Shown: positions 30,304-42,153 of the stretch, piece after piece
Position numbering within the stretch: the first letter of the stretch is position 1
Layout: each line of letters begins with the position of its first letter
NCBI GenBank assembly: GCA_963666055.2
Contig: CAXWPH010000011.1
Coordinates: 1-64,000, forward strand
DNA length: 64,000 bases
Reading direction: 5' to 3'
From: Acidobacteriota bacterium
Lineage (GTDB): Bacteria > Acidobacteriota > UBA890 > WLXD01
The notes under the pieces: model-generated
The model's input: the letters and a program-made list of their open reading frames with translations, nothing else
What the model was told of the DNA's origin: nothing
Database searches by the model: none
Translations under genes and position numbers: made by a program

Positions 30304-30470
30304 TGCGGAGGGGGAATCCCCGCAAGAGTGAAGACGCGCCCGTAAGGGCCGTGAGTCGCTCGTTTCGACCCGACCCGCTCCTGGAACGTCGGCGGGCCTC
30401 TACGCCGTTTACTTTTCGGTAAGTCGGCGCGGTTGCGTCACGAGCGGCGGCCCAGTCAACGGTCCGCTCG
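30304..30470 (+). ncRNA. candidate structured RNA
   Basis: Run of hairpins, including gcccGTAAgggc, in a ~700-bp intergenic region; TTGACG..CACAAT promoter-like pair at 30257-30283. Confidence 0.35.
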
Positions 30471-30817
30471 CGGCCGTGGCGTTGGTGGTCAGTGACCGAC
30501 CTTCACGATTCTGCGCCCTCATCCGTCAAAGGGGATGCTGGAACGCTGCCGACACACGCCCCGTTGGATCTCGGCCCCTCCGCCGATATCTGGGTGCTAG
30601 AGGCCAGCCGCTAATCGATCGGACGCTCCCTCGTACAATTCTGGCCGGAGCCTTCTTGGAACCCGGTACTCGACTAACTCGAAATCGGCCAGAAACACCT
30701 GATCGATCAACCCCAAGTCCCTTGTCCTGCGGGCGTTTCACGTCCGGCCAAGAGGCCTCATCTGCCCATAATCGAGTTAACTTGCCAGTACCACAGCGAG
30801 TACCCACTCTGGCGACG

Positions 30818-31810
30818 TCACGACATCTGTGCGGCCCGGGCAACCTCCTCGTGGGTCGCGAACCAAACACCGGAGAACGATCTCATATACCGCACGAGCT
30901 CCTCGAGCACGACGATACGCGAACGTCGACCGATGATGTGCGGATGGGTGGTCAGAAGGAAGAGCGTCCCTTCTTGGTAGGCGCGGTCGAACTCCAGCTT
31001 CCAGATCTCCAGTACCTCCTCCGGAGTTATGAACGTGCGTAGCGATCCCCCCCCGCTCATCGAGAAGTAGGGCCAGTCGTCGAGGATCCAGGTCACCGGA
31101 AGCTCGACGATCGGAGTGGGATTGCCCTTGTAGACCAGCTGATACGGCCGGTCGTCCGCCATCAAGCTGCTGTCGTAGAGCAGGCCGTATTCTTCGATCA
31201 GCTTCGGAGTGTTGGCGCTGTAATCCCATGAGGGGGTGCGGATGCCGACGATCTTCTTGGAGGTCAGCTCTTCGATCGTCCGGATCGCGCGCCCCATCAA
31301 CTCGCGCTCCTCGGCTTCGCTAAGCTCGGAGTTGGCCTCGTGGATCCAGCCGTGAAGCCCGATCTCGTGCCCCGCATCGACAATGCCACGAATCGCGTCA
31401 GGGTTGAGGCGGGCGATCACGGCCGGGATAAAGAAGCTGGCTGGAATCTCGTAGCGCTCGAGCACGTCCAGAATCCGCGGCAGACCCACACGACTGCCAT
31501 ACGCCCCTTCGGCCATCAATGCCGGCGAGGTCTGACCGCTGCTGAGGAACAGCGTCTCGTTGTCCATGTCAAAGCTCAACGCCACGGCAACACGGTTGCC
31601 GCCCGGCCAGGGATCCGGAGTGAGATCCTTACCTGCCGTTGCTTGGCCGACGGCGTCTTCGATTCTCTCCCATGGCCATTGCCACGCGGGTAGCTCGGGA
31701 CTTTGGTCCTGGGAGCCTCTCGAGCCATGACCCAAAGAGGCCCAGGTCGACGGGATTCCGAGGCCCAATAGAGCGAGGAGCACAAGCAGCAGACCGCTTC
31801 TGAGGTTCAT
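30818..31810 (-). CDS. exported polysaccharide deacetylase family protein (PgdA/PuuE-like)
   Basis: SFDMD, HEIGLHGWIHE, RTPSW, YDSSLMADDRPY and HPHIIG. Confidence 0.9.
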   Translation of the reverse strand: MNLRSGLLLVLLALLGLGIPSTWASLGHGSRGSQDQSPELPAWQWPWERIEDAVGQATAGKDLTPDPWPGGNRVAVALSFDMDNETLFLSSGQTSPALMAEGAYGSRVGLPRILDVLERYEIPASFFIPAVIARLNPDAIRGIVDAGHEIGLHGWIHEANSELSEAEERELMGRAIRTIEELTSKKIVGIRTPSWDYSANTPKLIEEYGLLYDSSLMADDRPYQLVYKGNPTPIVELPVTWILDDWPYFSMSGGGSLRTFITPEEVLEIWKLEFDRAYQEGTLFLLTTHPHIIGRRSRIVVLEELVRYMRSFSGVWFATHEEVARAAQMS

Positions 31811-31936
31811 CTGGTTTCACCTCCGGATTGGTTTCCCGAACGTTGTTTGGCAGTCGTTCCCTGTATCCGAATTCACGCTCGCGTCGTTCACCAGGTACCG
31901 AGCAAGTCATGGGATCGTTCCCCTTGCTTCGCGACG

Positions 31937-32165
31937 CTAGTGGGAGCGCGGGAACCCCAGATCGACGCCGCGCTGAGACGGGTCGGCCCAGCGAGTCGTC
32001 ACGACCTTCGGTCGCGTGTAGAAGTGCACACCTTCTGGACCGTAGATCGAACACGCGCCGAACAGCGAGCTCTTCCAACCCCCGAACGAGTAATAGGCCA
32101 TCGGTACGGGTATCGGCACGTTGATGCCCACCATGCCCACCTGAATCTCCTCCAGGTCGGCGAGA
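31937..32165 (-). pseudogene. mmsA: mmsA C-terminal remnant (high GC)
   Basis: [42 protein letters not shown]. Confidence 0.85.
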
Positions 32166-32318
32166 GGACCGTAGAAAGAGATACCCATGCAGCTGAGGGC
32201 TCTACCGATCCGTCCTCACGTACCGCGCCACGTCAAACCTGCCGGTCGTATTGCTGCTGCAGCATATATGAAACGTCAACGAAACGAGATTACCTGACCA
32301 ACGCCACATCTTAGGAGC

Positions 32319-33902
32319 TCAGTCGTTCGACCCAACATCGATGGTTCCGTCCCAGGTATTGACCTTGTCCGAGGCCATGTCTTCCGTAAACCAGGTAGTG
32401 GTGACACACTTTAGTTCGGTAAAGAACCTTACACCGTCCTTTCCCATGGTATGTAAATCACCAAAGAATGATTTCTTCTGTCCAGTGAAACCAAAGATTC
32501 CCAGAGGGACTGGAATACCAACGTTCACACCGACCATGCCACCATCAGTTCGTTTGGCAAACTCACGGGCGTAATAGCCGCTTTGAGTATAGATCGACGA
32601 ACCATTGGCAAACTCACTGTTGTTCATAATGGCCAGGCCTTCTTCAAAGTCTTGGATGCGTTTTATGCAGATAACAGGCCCGAAGACTTCATCCCGCCCA
32701 ACCGTCATATCTTCAGTCACGTGATCAAAGATGGTTGGTCCAACATAAAAGCCACTGTCATAACCCGGCACGTCAGGGTTGCGGCCATCAAGAACGAGTG
32801 TAGCCCCTTCGTCAACACCCGTTTGAATCCAATCAGTGACGTACTTCAAATGGCCCTTGTTCACTACCGGTCCAAGGCCAGTGCTTCGTTCATAGGCCGG
32901 TCCCAATGTCAATTCGGAGCAGAGTCGCACCAGAGATTCAACCAACCTGTCGGCAATACTCTCTTCAACACAAATAACCGGAAGCGCCATGCACCGTTGG
33001 CCGGCACACCCGCAGAACGCGTTGACAATTCCTCTAGCTGTCCTTTCCAGGACACAGTCTTTCAAGACCAGGGCGTGGTTCTTGGCTTCAGTCAGAGCTT
33101 GAACCCGTTTGCCATTGGCGGCGGCGGTCGAGTAAATATGCTGGCCGACTTTGGTTGAGCCAACAAAAGTAACACCAGCGATATCAGGATGCTCGAGTAG
33201 CAGTTCCGCTTCATTCCGGCTGGTGGTTACTATGTTCAAAACGCCTTTGGGGAGCCCGGCCTCATACCATAGTTCCGTGATTCGCATTGATGTTTGAGGA
33301 ACAAAACTAGCGGCTTTCAGTACGAAACAATTTCCCGCGGCGATACAAATCGGAGCCATCCAACCCTGGGGGATCATTGCGGGAAAATTCCAGGGGGCGA
33401 TTCCAGCAAAAACACCCACTGGATGATGATACATAGTCGTATCATAACCCGTGCTGCAATCCATCAGGGATTCCCCTTTCATGAGATGCGGCATACCACA
33501 GGCAAAGTCGACGACTTCAATTACTTTTAGGATGTCTCCCTTTGCCTCTTCCCAAGCCTTTCCCATTTCTCGGGCGAGAATCTCAGTCAACCCATCCAGA
33601 TGTTGTTCGAGTAGTGTCTTGAGTTTGAACAAGATCTGAACACGTCGGACCACAGGGGTATTAGACCATCCCGGATAAGCGGCCTTGGCTGCCGCGACTG
33701 CTGAGTTCACTTCTTCTGCTGTGCATTGTGGAGCCTGAGCAATGATCTCGCCCGTGGATGGGTTGTAGCAGTCCATATAAGTCTCGGTGCTGGATGTAAG
33801 CCACTCACCATTCACGCAATATTTTAGTTGCTTGGGTTGTTCTGCCAGTGATGTGAGGCTCTCACCGTCGGCGCAATACGTTGAAGTAGCTTGTTCTGAC
33901 AT
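32319..33902 (-). CDS. mmsA: CoA-acylating (methyl)malonate-semialdehyde dehydrogenase, AT-richer xenolog
   Basis: PWNFP, FVGST, AKNH, GCAGQRCMA, EVFGPV and GMVGVNVGIPVP; GGAGG RBS. Confidence 0.92.
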   Translation of the reverse strand: MSEQATSTYCADGESLTSLAEQPKQLKYCVNGEWLTSSTETYMDCYNPSTGEIIAQAPQCTAEEVNSAVAAAKAAYPGWSNTPVVRRVQILFKLKTLLEQHLDGLTEILAREMGKAWEEAKGDILKVIEVVDFACGMPHLMKGESLMDCSTGYDTTMYHHPVGVFAGIAPWNFPAMIPQGWMAPICIAAGNCFVLKAASFVPQTSMRITELWYEAGLPKGVLNIVTTSRNEAELLLEHPDIAGVTFVGSTKVGQHIYSTAAANGKRVQALTEAKNHALVLKDCVLERTARGIVNAFCGCAGQRCMALPVICVEESIADRLVESLVRLCSELTLGPAYERSTGLGPVVNKGHLKYVTDWIQTGVDEGATLVLDGRNPDVPGYDSGFYVGPTIFDHVTEDMTVGRDEVFGPVICIKRIQDFEEGLAIMNNSEFANGSSIYTQSGYYAREFAKRTDGGMVGVNVGIPVPLGIFGFTGQKKSFFGDLHTMGKDGVRFFTELKCVTTTWFTEDMASDKVNTWDGTIDVGSND

Positions 33903-33930
33903 TATTAACCTCCAAGAGGACGGTATTTAG

Positions 33931-34102
33931 CAGGGTGCTGAAAAACTCTGATGGGTCTGGTGGGTGGGTCTTGCTGGCGAGATCAAGGAAGAGCGACGAG
34001 GGCGATGCCAGGGTCATCGTCGAGGAGCTCTAACGCTGAGATCGCCAGCAAGACCCACCCGCCCAACGGGTTACAGACCCACCAGAGTTCTTCAGCACCC
34101 TG
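33931..34102. mobile_element. 172-bp MITE-like palindromic element
   Basis: Ends CAGGGTGCTGAAAAACTCTG / CAGAGTTCTTCAGCACCCTG; internal IR GGGTGGGTCTTGCTGGCGA / TCGCCAGCAAGACCCACCC; flanked by TTAG and CTAG. Confidence 0.75.
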
Positions 34103-34189
34103 CTAGATGTAACCGGGCGGAAATTATAGCCGATCTCATAGTGTGGCCCAATCGAGTGCCGGGTTCCATGGCACTCCCAGACAGGGGTG

Positions 34190-34557
34190 GGTGAGTTTGA
34201 GCAGCTGCGAGATCCCGCACGCGAAGTCCACGGTTTCGAGCCCGGGTTGGATCTCTCCGCGCGCGTCCGGCTTGGTCTTGCCGTGCTCGCCGGCGATGAT
34301 CGCCGCGAGCTCGTCGGTGGCCTCATCGAGTAGGCTGCGGAAGCGGAACAGAATCCGTGTTCGGTTTGCGAGCGACGTGACGCGCCAGTCGGAGAATGCT
34401 GCGGCGGCTACTGACACGGCTCGGTCGACGTCCGCGGCACTCGCAAAGGCTACGCGGGCGCGTTCCTGCCCGGTGGCGGGGTTGAACACCGTGCCGGAGC
34501 GATCTGACTCCCCGCCCTGAAGTGAGCCGCCGATCCAGGTTCGATGCTCTCTGCCAT
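34190..34557 (-). pseudogene. mmsA: mmsA N-terminal remnant (high GC)
   Basis: VFNPATGQ..WRVTSLANRTRILFRF..EHGKTKPDARGEI..FACGISQLLK, then similarity ends. Confidence 0.85.
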
Positions 34558-34937
34558 GCTGATCTCCCTGAGAATGCCCGGCATCGACACGGCTGGCCCA
34601 AGCGGGCGCCGTTGCCGACACCTGCGTTCGAAAGTGTTGTTCTGTTGAGCTCGTTCAACAAATTCAAACTGCGAGTGTTCTCGAATTATCGATTCAGACG
34701 CGTTTGTTAGCAGTCATGTTGAGCATAGTGAAGCATGCTGACCGACGTAGCCTCCCGACGGCGCGAACTCCGCCTCAACTACAAGGTGTCGTAGCGCTCT
34801 TCGGCCCGAAGTGGAATCAGCAACGCCACGATCTCGTTGATCGAATCGGCCAGACTAAACCCATTATGGCCGCACTCTGCGATGATCTCCGCTACGTTGA
34901 CCGTATCCTCCCGCGCGCCAAATCAAGGAGACCCACC

Positions 34938-37900
34938 ATGCGTCGCGTTCTCGCAGTCGTTGCGGTGTTGCTGTTCTCATCCGCTGCCTGGTCGCAAGAG
35001 GGCAGGCAGGGGTACTACCGCTATCCGACGCTGCACGGCGACACGTTGGTGTTCGCTGCCGAAGGTGACCTGTGGAAGGTCGGCGCGACTGGCGGGCTGG
35101 CGCAGCGGCTGACTACTCACGCGGCGGAAGAGAGCCACCCGACGATCTCGCCGAACGGCCGCACGCTCGCCTATGGCGGCAACTACGAAGGCGTCACCGA
35201 GGTGTACACGATGGCGCTGGCGGGCGGGCTGCCGAAGCGGCAGACCTATGAGGCTGACGCCTCGATCCCCGTCGGTTGGACCCCGTCCGGCGAGCTCGTG
35301 TACACGACCGCTAGCTACTCCACGTTGCCGACGCGCCAGTTGGTCGAGCTCGACTTGGCCGCGAACAGGCGCACCGTCGTGCCGCTGGCTGATGCCAGCG
35401 AGGCCGCCTACGGCGACGATGGCGCAACCCTCTTCTTCGTTCGCCCGGGCTTCCACGGCAACGTGACCAAGCGCTACACGGGCGGAACGGCGCGCAACAT
35501 CTGGAAGTACGCGTCCGGTTCGGCCGAGGCTGAGCCGCTCACCGACGACTACGACGGCGAGAGCCACACGCCGATGTGGTGGAACGACCGCGTGTACTTC
35601 GTGACTCCACGCGACGGCACGATGAACATCTGGTCGATGAGCCCGTCGGGCGGCGATCTACAGCAGTACACGCAGCACAGTGGCTGGGACGTGAAGGAAG
35701 CGGCGCTCTCCGAAGGGCATATTGCCTACCAGGTCGGCGCCGACATCTGGACCTACGACATCGCCGCGGACTCGTATGCGCTGGTGCCGATCAGTCTCGC
35801 TTCCGACTTTGATCAGTTGCGTGAAAAGTGGGTCACCGAGCCGATGGACTACCTGAGCTCGGTCCACATTCACCCAGACGGTCAGAGCGTCGTGCTGACC
35901 TCGCGCGGTCGTGTGTTCGTGGCGCCTGCCGGTTCGGGTCGACTCGTTCGCGCCTCACATCGCGAAGGCGTGCGCTATCGCGACGTCGTGTTCATGCCCG
36001 ATGGCGACACCTTGCTCGGCCTCACGGACGCCAGCGGCGAACTCGAATTCGCCACCATCCCGGCTAACGGCGTTGGCGATGAGACGCCGATCACCGATGA
36101 CGGTGCGGTCCTGCGCTTCCAGGGCACGCCGTCGCCGGATGGCTCCTGGGTCGTATATGGCGACAACAGCAACGATCTGTGGCTGCTCGAGGTGGCCACC
36201 GGTCAGCAGCGGCTGGTGTCGACGAACCGCGAAGGGGTCCTCGACGTTGCCTGGTCACCGGACAGCGGTTGGCTAGCCTTTGCACAGGCCGCGATGAATA
36301 CCTACGCGCAGCTGTGGCTGTACGAAGTGGCAACCGAGGCGCGGACGGCGCTGACCTCGGACCGCGTCAACAGCGTCAGCCCGACCTTCAGCCCTGACGG
36401 CGATTGGTTGTACTTTCTGTCGGACCGCAACCTGCGCACATCGGTCGGCAGCCCGTGGGGGCCGCGTGCTCCCGAGCCGTACTTCGAGCGCACAATGAAG
36501 ATCTACCAGATCTCCATGCGGGCCGGCCGGCGCTCGCCGTTCACCGCAGCTGACGAAATCAGCCGCGCGCTCCGGGCGGCCGACGACGCGGCGGCGGCGG
36601 ACTCGTCAGACAGCGATGACGAGACTGAAGACTCGAGTGACAGCGGCATGTCCGTCGACCTCGGCAACATCGCACGGCGCGTCAAGGAAGTGCCGGTCGA
36701 GCCCGGCAACTACGCGGATCTGTCGGTAACCAAAGACGCCCTGTTCTGGCGGGCGCGCGAGTCCGGCAGCTCCCGCTGGCATCTGATGGGCATGACCATC
36801 GGCAATGACGATCCTGAGCCTGAGCAGGTTCTCGAGGGAATCGGCAGCTATGAGATGTCGGCCGACGGCAAGAAACTGATGGTGCGGCGTGGCAGCGATA
36901 TTTACGTCATCGATGCCAGGCCGAGTAGTGCGAGCAGCAGTCTTGCCGACCACCAGGTGGACCTCAGCGGGTGGACCTTCTCGATCGATGTCGCGGCGGA
37001 CTGGCGGCAGATCTTCATCGATGCGTGGCGTCTCGAACGCGACTATTTCTACGACCCGGGCATGCATGGGCTTGCCTGGGACGTGGTGTTGGAGAAATAC
37101 CTCGAGCTCGTCGGCCGCGTCACCACCCGCGCTGAGCTGAACCAGCTGATCGGCCGCGTAATCGGAGAACTGTCGGCGTTGCACACCAGCGTTCGTGGCG
37201 GCGACACTCGCGAGGGCGAGGGCGACGTCGCGGTCGCCAGCCTCGGCGCTCGCCTGGTCCGCGACCCCGACGCCGGGGGATACCGCATCGACCACATTTA
37301 CGAGGGTGACCCGGACTACCCGGACGAGCTGTCGCCCCTGGCGGATCCCGATCTGGGCATTGCCGACGGTGACGTCATCGAAGCGGTCAACGGCGTCGCC
37401 GCGCTGTCGGTAGGCCACATCGGCGCGTTGCTCCGAAACCAGCAGGGTCAGCAGGTGCTGCTGCGTGTGCGATCCGGAGGTGGCGGGGAGGGCCACGATG
37501 TCATCGTCGTGCCCGCCGCCAACGAGCTGAACCTACGCTACACCGACTGGGAAGTACTCGCGGCGGCTGGAGGTCGAAGACGCGGCCGCTGGCCAGATCG
37601 GCTACGTCCATCTGCGGGCTATGGGATCCAACGACATCAACGCCTGGTATCGGCAGTTCTACCCAGTTCACGATCGGCCGGGCTTGATCGTCGACGTGCG
37701 CCGCAACGGCGGCGGCAACATCGACAGCGTCATCCTCGAGAAGCTCATGCGACCGGCCTGGTTTTACTGGAAGAGTCGCGTCGGTCGGCCGACCTGGAAC
37801 ATGCAGTACGCCTTCCGCGGCCACATGGTGGTGCTGGTCGATGAGAACACCGCCTCGGACGGTGAGGCTTTTGCCGAGGGGTTCCGTCGCCTGGGTATGG

Positions 37901-38220
37901 GCCCGGTGATTGGCGCCCGCACCTGGGGCGGTGAGATCTGGCTCTCGTCGTCGAATCGTCTCAGCGACGGCGGCTTGGCCCAAGCCCCGATGAGCGGCGT
38001 GTACGGCCCCGAGGGCGAGTGGCTGATCGAGCAGTGGGGCGTGGTGCCCGACATAGAGGTGATCAACCTGCCGCACGCCACCTTCAACGGTGAGGATGCC
38101 CAGCTCGACACCGCCATCGAGTACCTGTTGCAGAAGATCGCCGAGGACCCACGCGCGATTCCGACACCGCCCGACTATCCGGATCTCCGGTTCGCGTACC
38201 CTCGCGATCAGCAGCAGTAG
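34938..38220 (+). pseudogene. tricorn-type S41 protease, +1 frameshift at ~37553
   Basis: Propeller repeats, LSALHT, PDZ, IGYVHL, DVRRNGGG, ASDGE and RTWGG; TGGGAAGTACTCG carries one extra base. Confidence 0.88.
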
Positions 38221-38309
38221 CTCGCTAGCAGGCCGTGGTTTCCTCGAGAGCCTAGTCTTGATGACAACAGGGGCAGCGATGGAGTCCAGCCTCATCGAAA
38301 GGAACCAAC

Positions 38310-39125
38310 ATGCCAAACACCATTCTCATCACTGGCTCGAGCTCCGGCATCGGCAAGACAACGGCGAAGTATTTCCAGGAAGAGGGCTGGAACGTTGTTG
38401 CGACCATGCGAACGCCCGAAAAGGAGGCGGAGCTGTCTGGGCTCGAGAACGTCCTCGTAACCCGACTCGACGTTCAAGATCCGGATTCGATCGCCCGAGC
38501 CGTGCAGCTGGGTATCGAGACCTTCGGAAGAATTGACGTGCTACTGAACAACGCCGGCTACGGTGCCTTCGGAGTCCTCGAGGCCACACCAATGGAGAAG
38601 GTTCGGCATCAGTTCGACGTCAATGTCATCGGCCTTCTCGAAACGACCAAGGCGGTTGTGCCGCACTTTCGTGCCAACCGAAGTGGCACCATCATCAACG
38701 TCTCGTCTGTCGGCGGGAAGATTACCTTTCCACTTGGAAGCCTCTATCACGGAACGAAATTCGCGGTCGAAGGTCTCTCCGAGGCGTTGAGCTTCGAGAT
38801 GGGGCCTATTGGGGTCAAGGTAAAGATCGTAGAGCCGGGCGTGATCAAGACTGACTTCTCTGGTCGGTCTTTCGATTTCAGCAACGATGAGGCTCTCGAA
38901 GAGTACCAGGGCATTGTTGGCGCGCTCTTTGACTCCATGAGCCGGCTTACCGAGTCAGGTTCAGACGCTCGCGTGGTCGCCGAGGTCATCTATCGGGCTG
39001 CAACCGATGGCACGTCGCAGCTCCGCTACATTGCCGGTGAGGATGCAAAGCAGATGATCGCAAGTCGAAAATCCGCCGACGACGAGACCTTCATTGGCGG
39101 CATGAAGCAGCAATTTGGTCTTTGA
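38310..39125 (+). CDS. SDR family oxidoreductase
   Basis: TGSSSGIG, NNAGYG and YHGTK. Confidence 0.95.
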   Translation: MPNTILITGSSSGIGKTTAKYFQEEGWNVVATMRTPEKEAELSGLENVLVTRLDVQDPDSIARAVQLGIETFGRIDVLLNNAGYGAFGVLEATPMEKVRHQFDVNVIGLLETTKAVVPHFRANRSGTIINVSSVGGKITFPLGSLYHGTKFAVEGLSEALSFEMGPIGVKVKIVEPGVIKTDFSGRSFDFSNDEALEEYQGIVGALFDSMSRLTESGSDARVVAEVIYRAATDGTSQLRYIAGEDAKQMIASRKSADDETFIGGMKQQFGL

Positions 39126-39227
39126 CAGGCCGTGGTGAAAGTGTGGCGGGCCTGGTTACGGCGATAGGAGGGGGTTGCGCGCGTATGCTGCGTCGTTCCT
39201 CGTCAACGATGGGGACACGTGGCTGTA

Positions 39228-41794
39228 TCACCAGCATGCGGCGTCGGCGGGTAAGAGTACGTCGAGCATCGAGCCGAGCGGCGGCAGGCCGGTGCTCATG
39301 AGCGCTGGGTCAAGCCACGAAGGTGCCGGCTGTCCGATCGGCGCGCCGGGTGGCGTGGTTTGCTGACGAGCGCGGGAGTAGGCTGCAGCCGGGCGCGTCA
39401 GAAACCGGTCCATGTCGCGCTTCAGCAGAGCGAAATGCGCCTGGCTGGGTCCGATCATCTCGTCGGCTTGTCCGATCCGGGCCGCAATGCGCCTGCTCAT
39501 CGCGGTCAGCCGGGAGGTGGCGATCGCCCGCACCTGGGGCATGGGCGCGTTGGCTGCTAGCGACATCACCTGTTCGACGACGGCGCGCTGAACGGCGCGA
39601 ATGATCTCCTGCTCGTAGCCGTCGTCGCTGTCCATACTGAACACCGCCTGGAAGCTGCGATCGAGGACGTCGTCGAGACCCGGCAGCGAGCTGTCGAGGG
39701 CGTGCTGCTCGACCATCCGCGCGGCGCGAGCCGCGTCGAAGATATTTGCCGCCACGTGCTGAGCGGCCACCACCGCCGGTGTAATCGCGTCGAACGTCAT
39801 CCCTGTGTAGCGGGGAAACAGCTCGCGGTGGTGCCGGTAGCCCGGCGGCCTCGGCGGCAGCTGTGCGAGGACCGAGCGCGGCACGGCCAGCTCCGCGGGT
39901 TGCAGCGTTGCCAGCAGCGCTTCGAGTGCCGCCATCTGCTCGCTGCCCGGCACCGCCCCGGTGGCGTTGCCGTGGCCGTCGCCACGTAGCGCGTAGTGGG
40001 AGTTCGTACCGCCGATGGCGGAGGCGGTCGCTTCGACCTGATAGCGATGATGCAGGTACAGCGGCACCAGTGCTTCTTCGATCGTCGCCAGCGGCGCGCC
40101 GAGCCTGATGGCGTTGTCGCCGAAGCGATCGAGCGCGTGCCGGCGAACCGCCATCATCCGGTTGAGCTCAGCGGCCGGATCATCGCCGTTGGCCCATTGG
40201 TGCACGCGTCGAGGATGGCGCGGAGCTCCTCGGCCTCGTCGGCCCCAGGCGGGAAATCCTGGTAAGCGTACGTTACGGCGACCTTGTCCCAGTCGCCGAT
40301 CTTGTCGTCGTAGACGGCCGAATAGTCGAGCTCGCCGTCATCGGTGAGCTCGATCAGCGGATGCGGGTAATCCATCACCGAGATGCGCCCCAGGCTGCTG
40401 GCGTAGTAGTTGTGGCCGAAGCCAAGCGTGTGGCCGACCTCGTGCGCCGACAGCTGGCGCAATCGAGCAAGCGCCCACTCAGCCAACTCCGGAGGGGTCT
40501 CGGTGCCGTTCTCATAGGGCGACAGCAGGCCCTCTGCGATCAGGTAGTCCTGGCGTACGCGCAGCGACCCGAGCGTTACCCGACCTTTGATGATCTCGCC
40601 GGTGCGCGGGTCGCTGACCGATCCCCCGTAGCTCCAGCCGCGCGTCGAGCGATGCACCCACTGAATGATGTTGTAGCGCACGTCCATGTTGTCGGCGCCC
40701 TCGGGCAGCATCTCCACTTGGAAGGCATTGCGATAGCCGGCCGCCTCGTACGCTTGGTTCCACCAGCGTGCTCCATCCAGCAGTGCTGAGCGGATGGGCT
40801 CGGGGGTGCCCCGGTCCAGGTAGTAGACGATGGGCTCGACGGCGTCGGAGATCGCGGCGCTGGGGTCGACCTTCTGCAGCCGGTGGCGGTTGACGAACCG
40901 CTTGGTCAACGCCGTACCGAGCGGCACCGCGTAGTCCTCGTAGGTGAGCCCGAAGGCGCCGGATCGCGGGTCGAAGGCGCGTGGCTCGTAGCCATCATCC
41001 GGTAGCTCCACGAACTGGTGATGTGTTCGAACGGTGATCGCCTCGGTGCTCGGGGTCACCGCCGATAGCGAGCCTCGCCCGAAGCCACCGCCCGGCCCGG
41101 GCTGCGTGCCGAATCCGCCGAAACCTCCACGTCCACCGCCCTGAGTGGTGAATGTGAGGGTGGCGTTCATGATGATGTTCTTCGGGAAGGCCTTGGTGTG
41201 TTCCCTCGAGATAGCGCTGCGCGAGCTGTCGAGCTGATAATGGGCCGGCTGCAGGCTGACCGCCACACGGTGGGTGTCGCGCAACAGAAACTCGGTCATG
41301 TCGACCAACGCGCGGCCGTCGGTCTCGGCGGCGACCGTGAAGCCCCACAGCACCGACTGTGCGAACGCTTCCTGGACCGCCGCGTGCTCATCGGCGTTGT
41401 CGCTGTCGGCCCGGTATCTCAGGTTGGGCTGCAGCATCAGGATCTTGGGGCCGACGCGCTCGAACCTGACGAGATTACTGCCGCCGCCCTGTCCTCGATC
41501 GAGTCCGATGTCGTTGGAGCCCAGCCCCGCCGCCAGCCCGCGGACGTAGAGGACGTCTTGGTCGAACCTGGCGATCTCCATGTAGAGCGTGCCCGCGGCG
41601 GCATCCCAATAGAGTGGGAAGAGGCCGTCGAGCTTCTCCATCGTGGCGACCTTCTCCTCGATCGAGAGCGGTGAGTCGGAAGCAGCCGCGGTGGGATCGC
41701 CGGGCTGCTGGGCCATGGCAGGCGCTGCGGCGCTCATCAGCACGGCAAGCAGGCAAGCGATGCGGCGGGCGCCCAGCCATCGACATTCGATCAA
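39228..41794 (-). pseudogene. zinc metalloprotease (DUF5117/DUF4953, EcxA-like), frameshifted at ~40205
   Basis: HEVGHTLGFGHN and SVMDYP; the frame breaks at ILDA/VHQWANG, apparently with a deletion; TTG start after GGAGG. Confidence 0.85.
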
Positions 41795-42153
41795 GGTGAA
41801 CCTCCGGCGAAACGGGTCCCGAGGGCACCTGGCTACCGGCCGGCGGGGTCGGGCCAGGCGCTCGGGAAGGATGTCAGTGAGCGGAAGTCGCCAGTGTGCC
41901 AAGAGTGGCGCCAATCACCAAGTAGGGGCCGAGGTTGCCATGGAGAGCGCCGCGATGATGCCAGCAGGCCGGTGCTATTCAGCGGGCCCCGGGACGGTGA
42001 GATAGACCGACCCATATTCTCTTTATACGCTCCCGATGCGAAGAGGGCGCCCAGGGAATACAGGCGCCGATGTTCCAGTCTCCCTACCTCGCGAACAATC
42101 CGTCCGCGGCGGCGAGTCGGACAGGAGTCCGACCACTTGAACCTCGAGGATCC

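Noticed and set aside
37545-37560. Tricorn protease as a genuinely split two-gene system
   Set aside because: A single extra base explains it; conserved IGYVHL lies upstream of the second ORF's Met.
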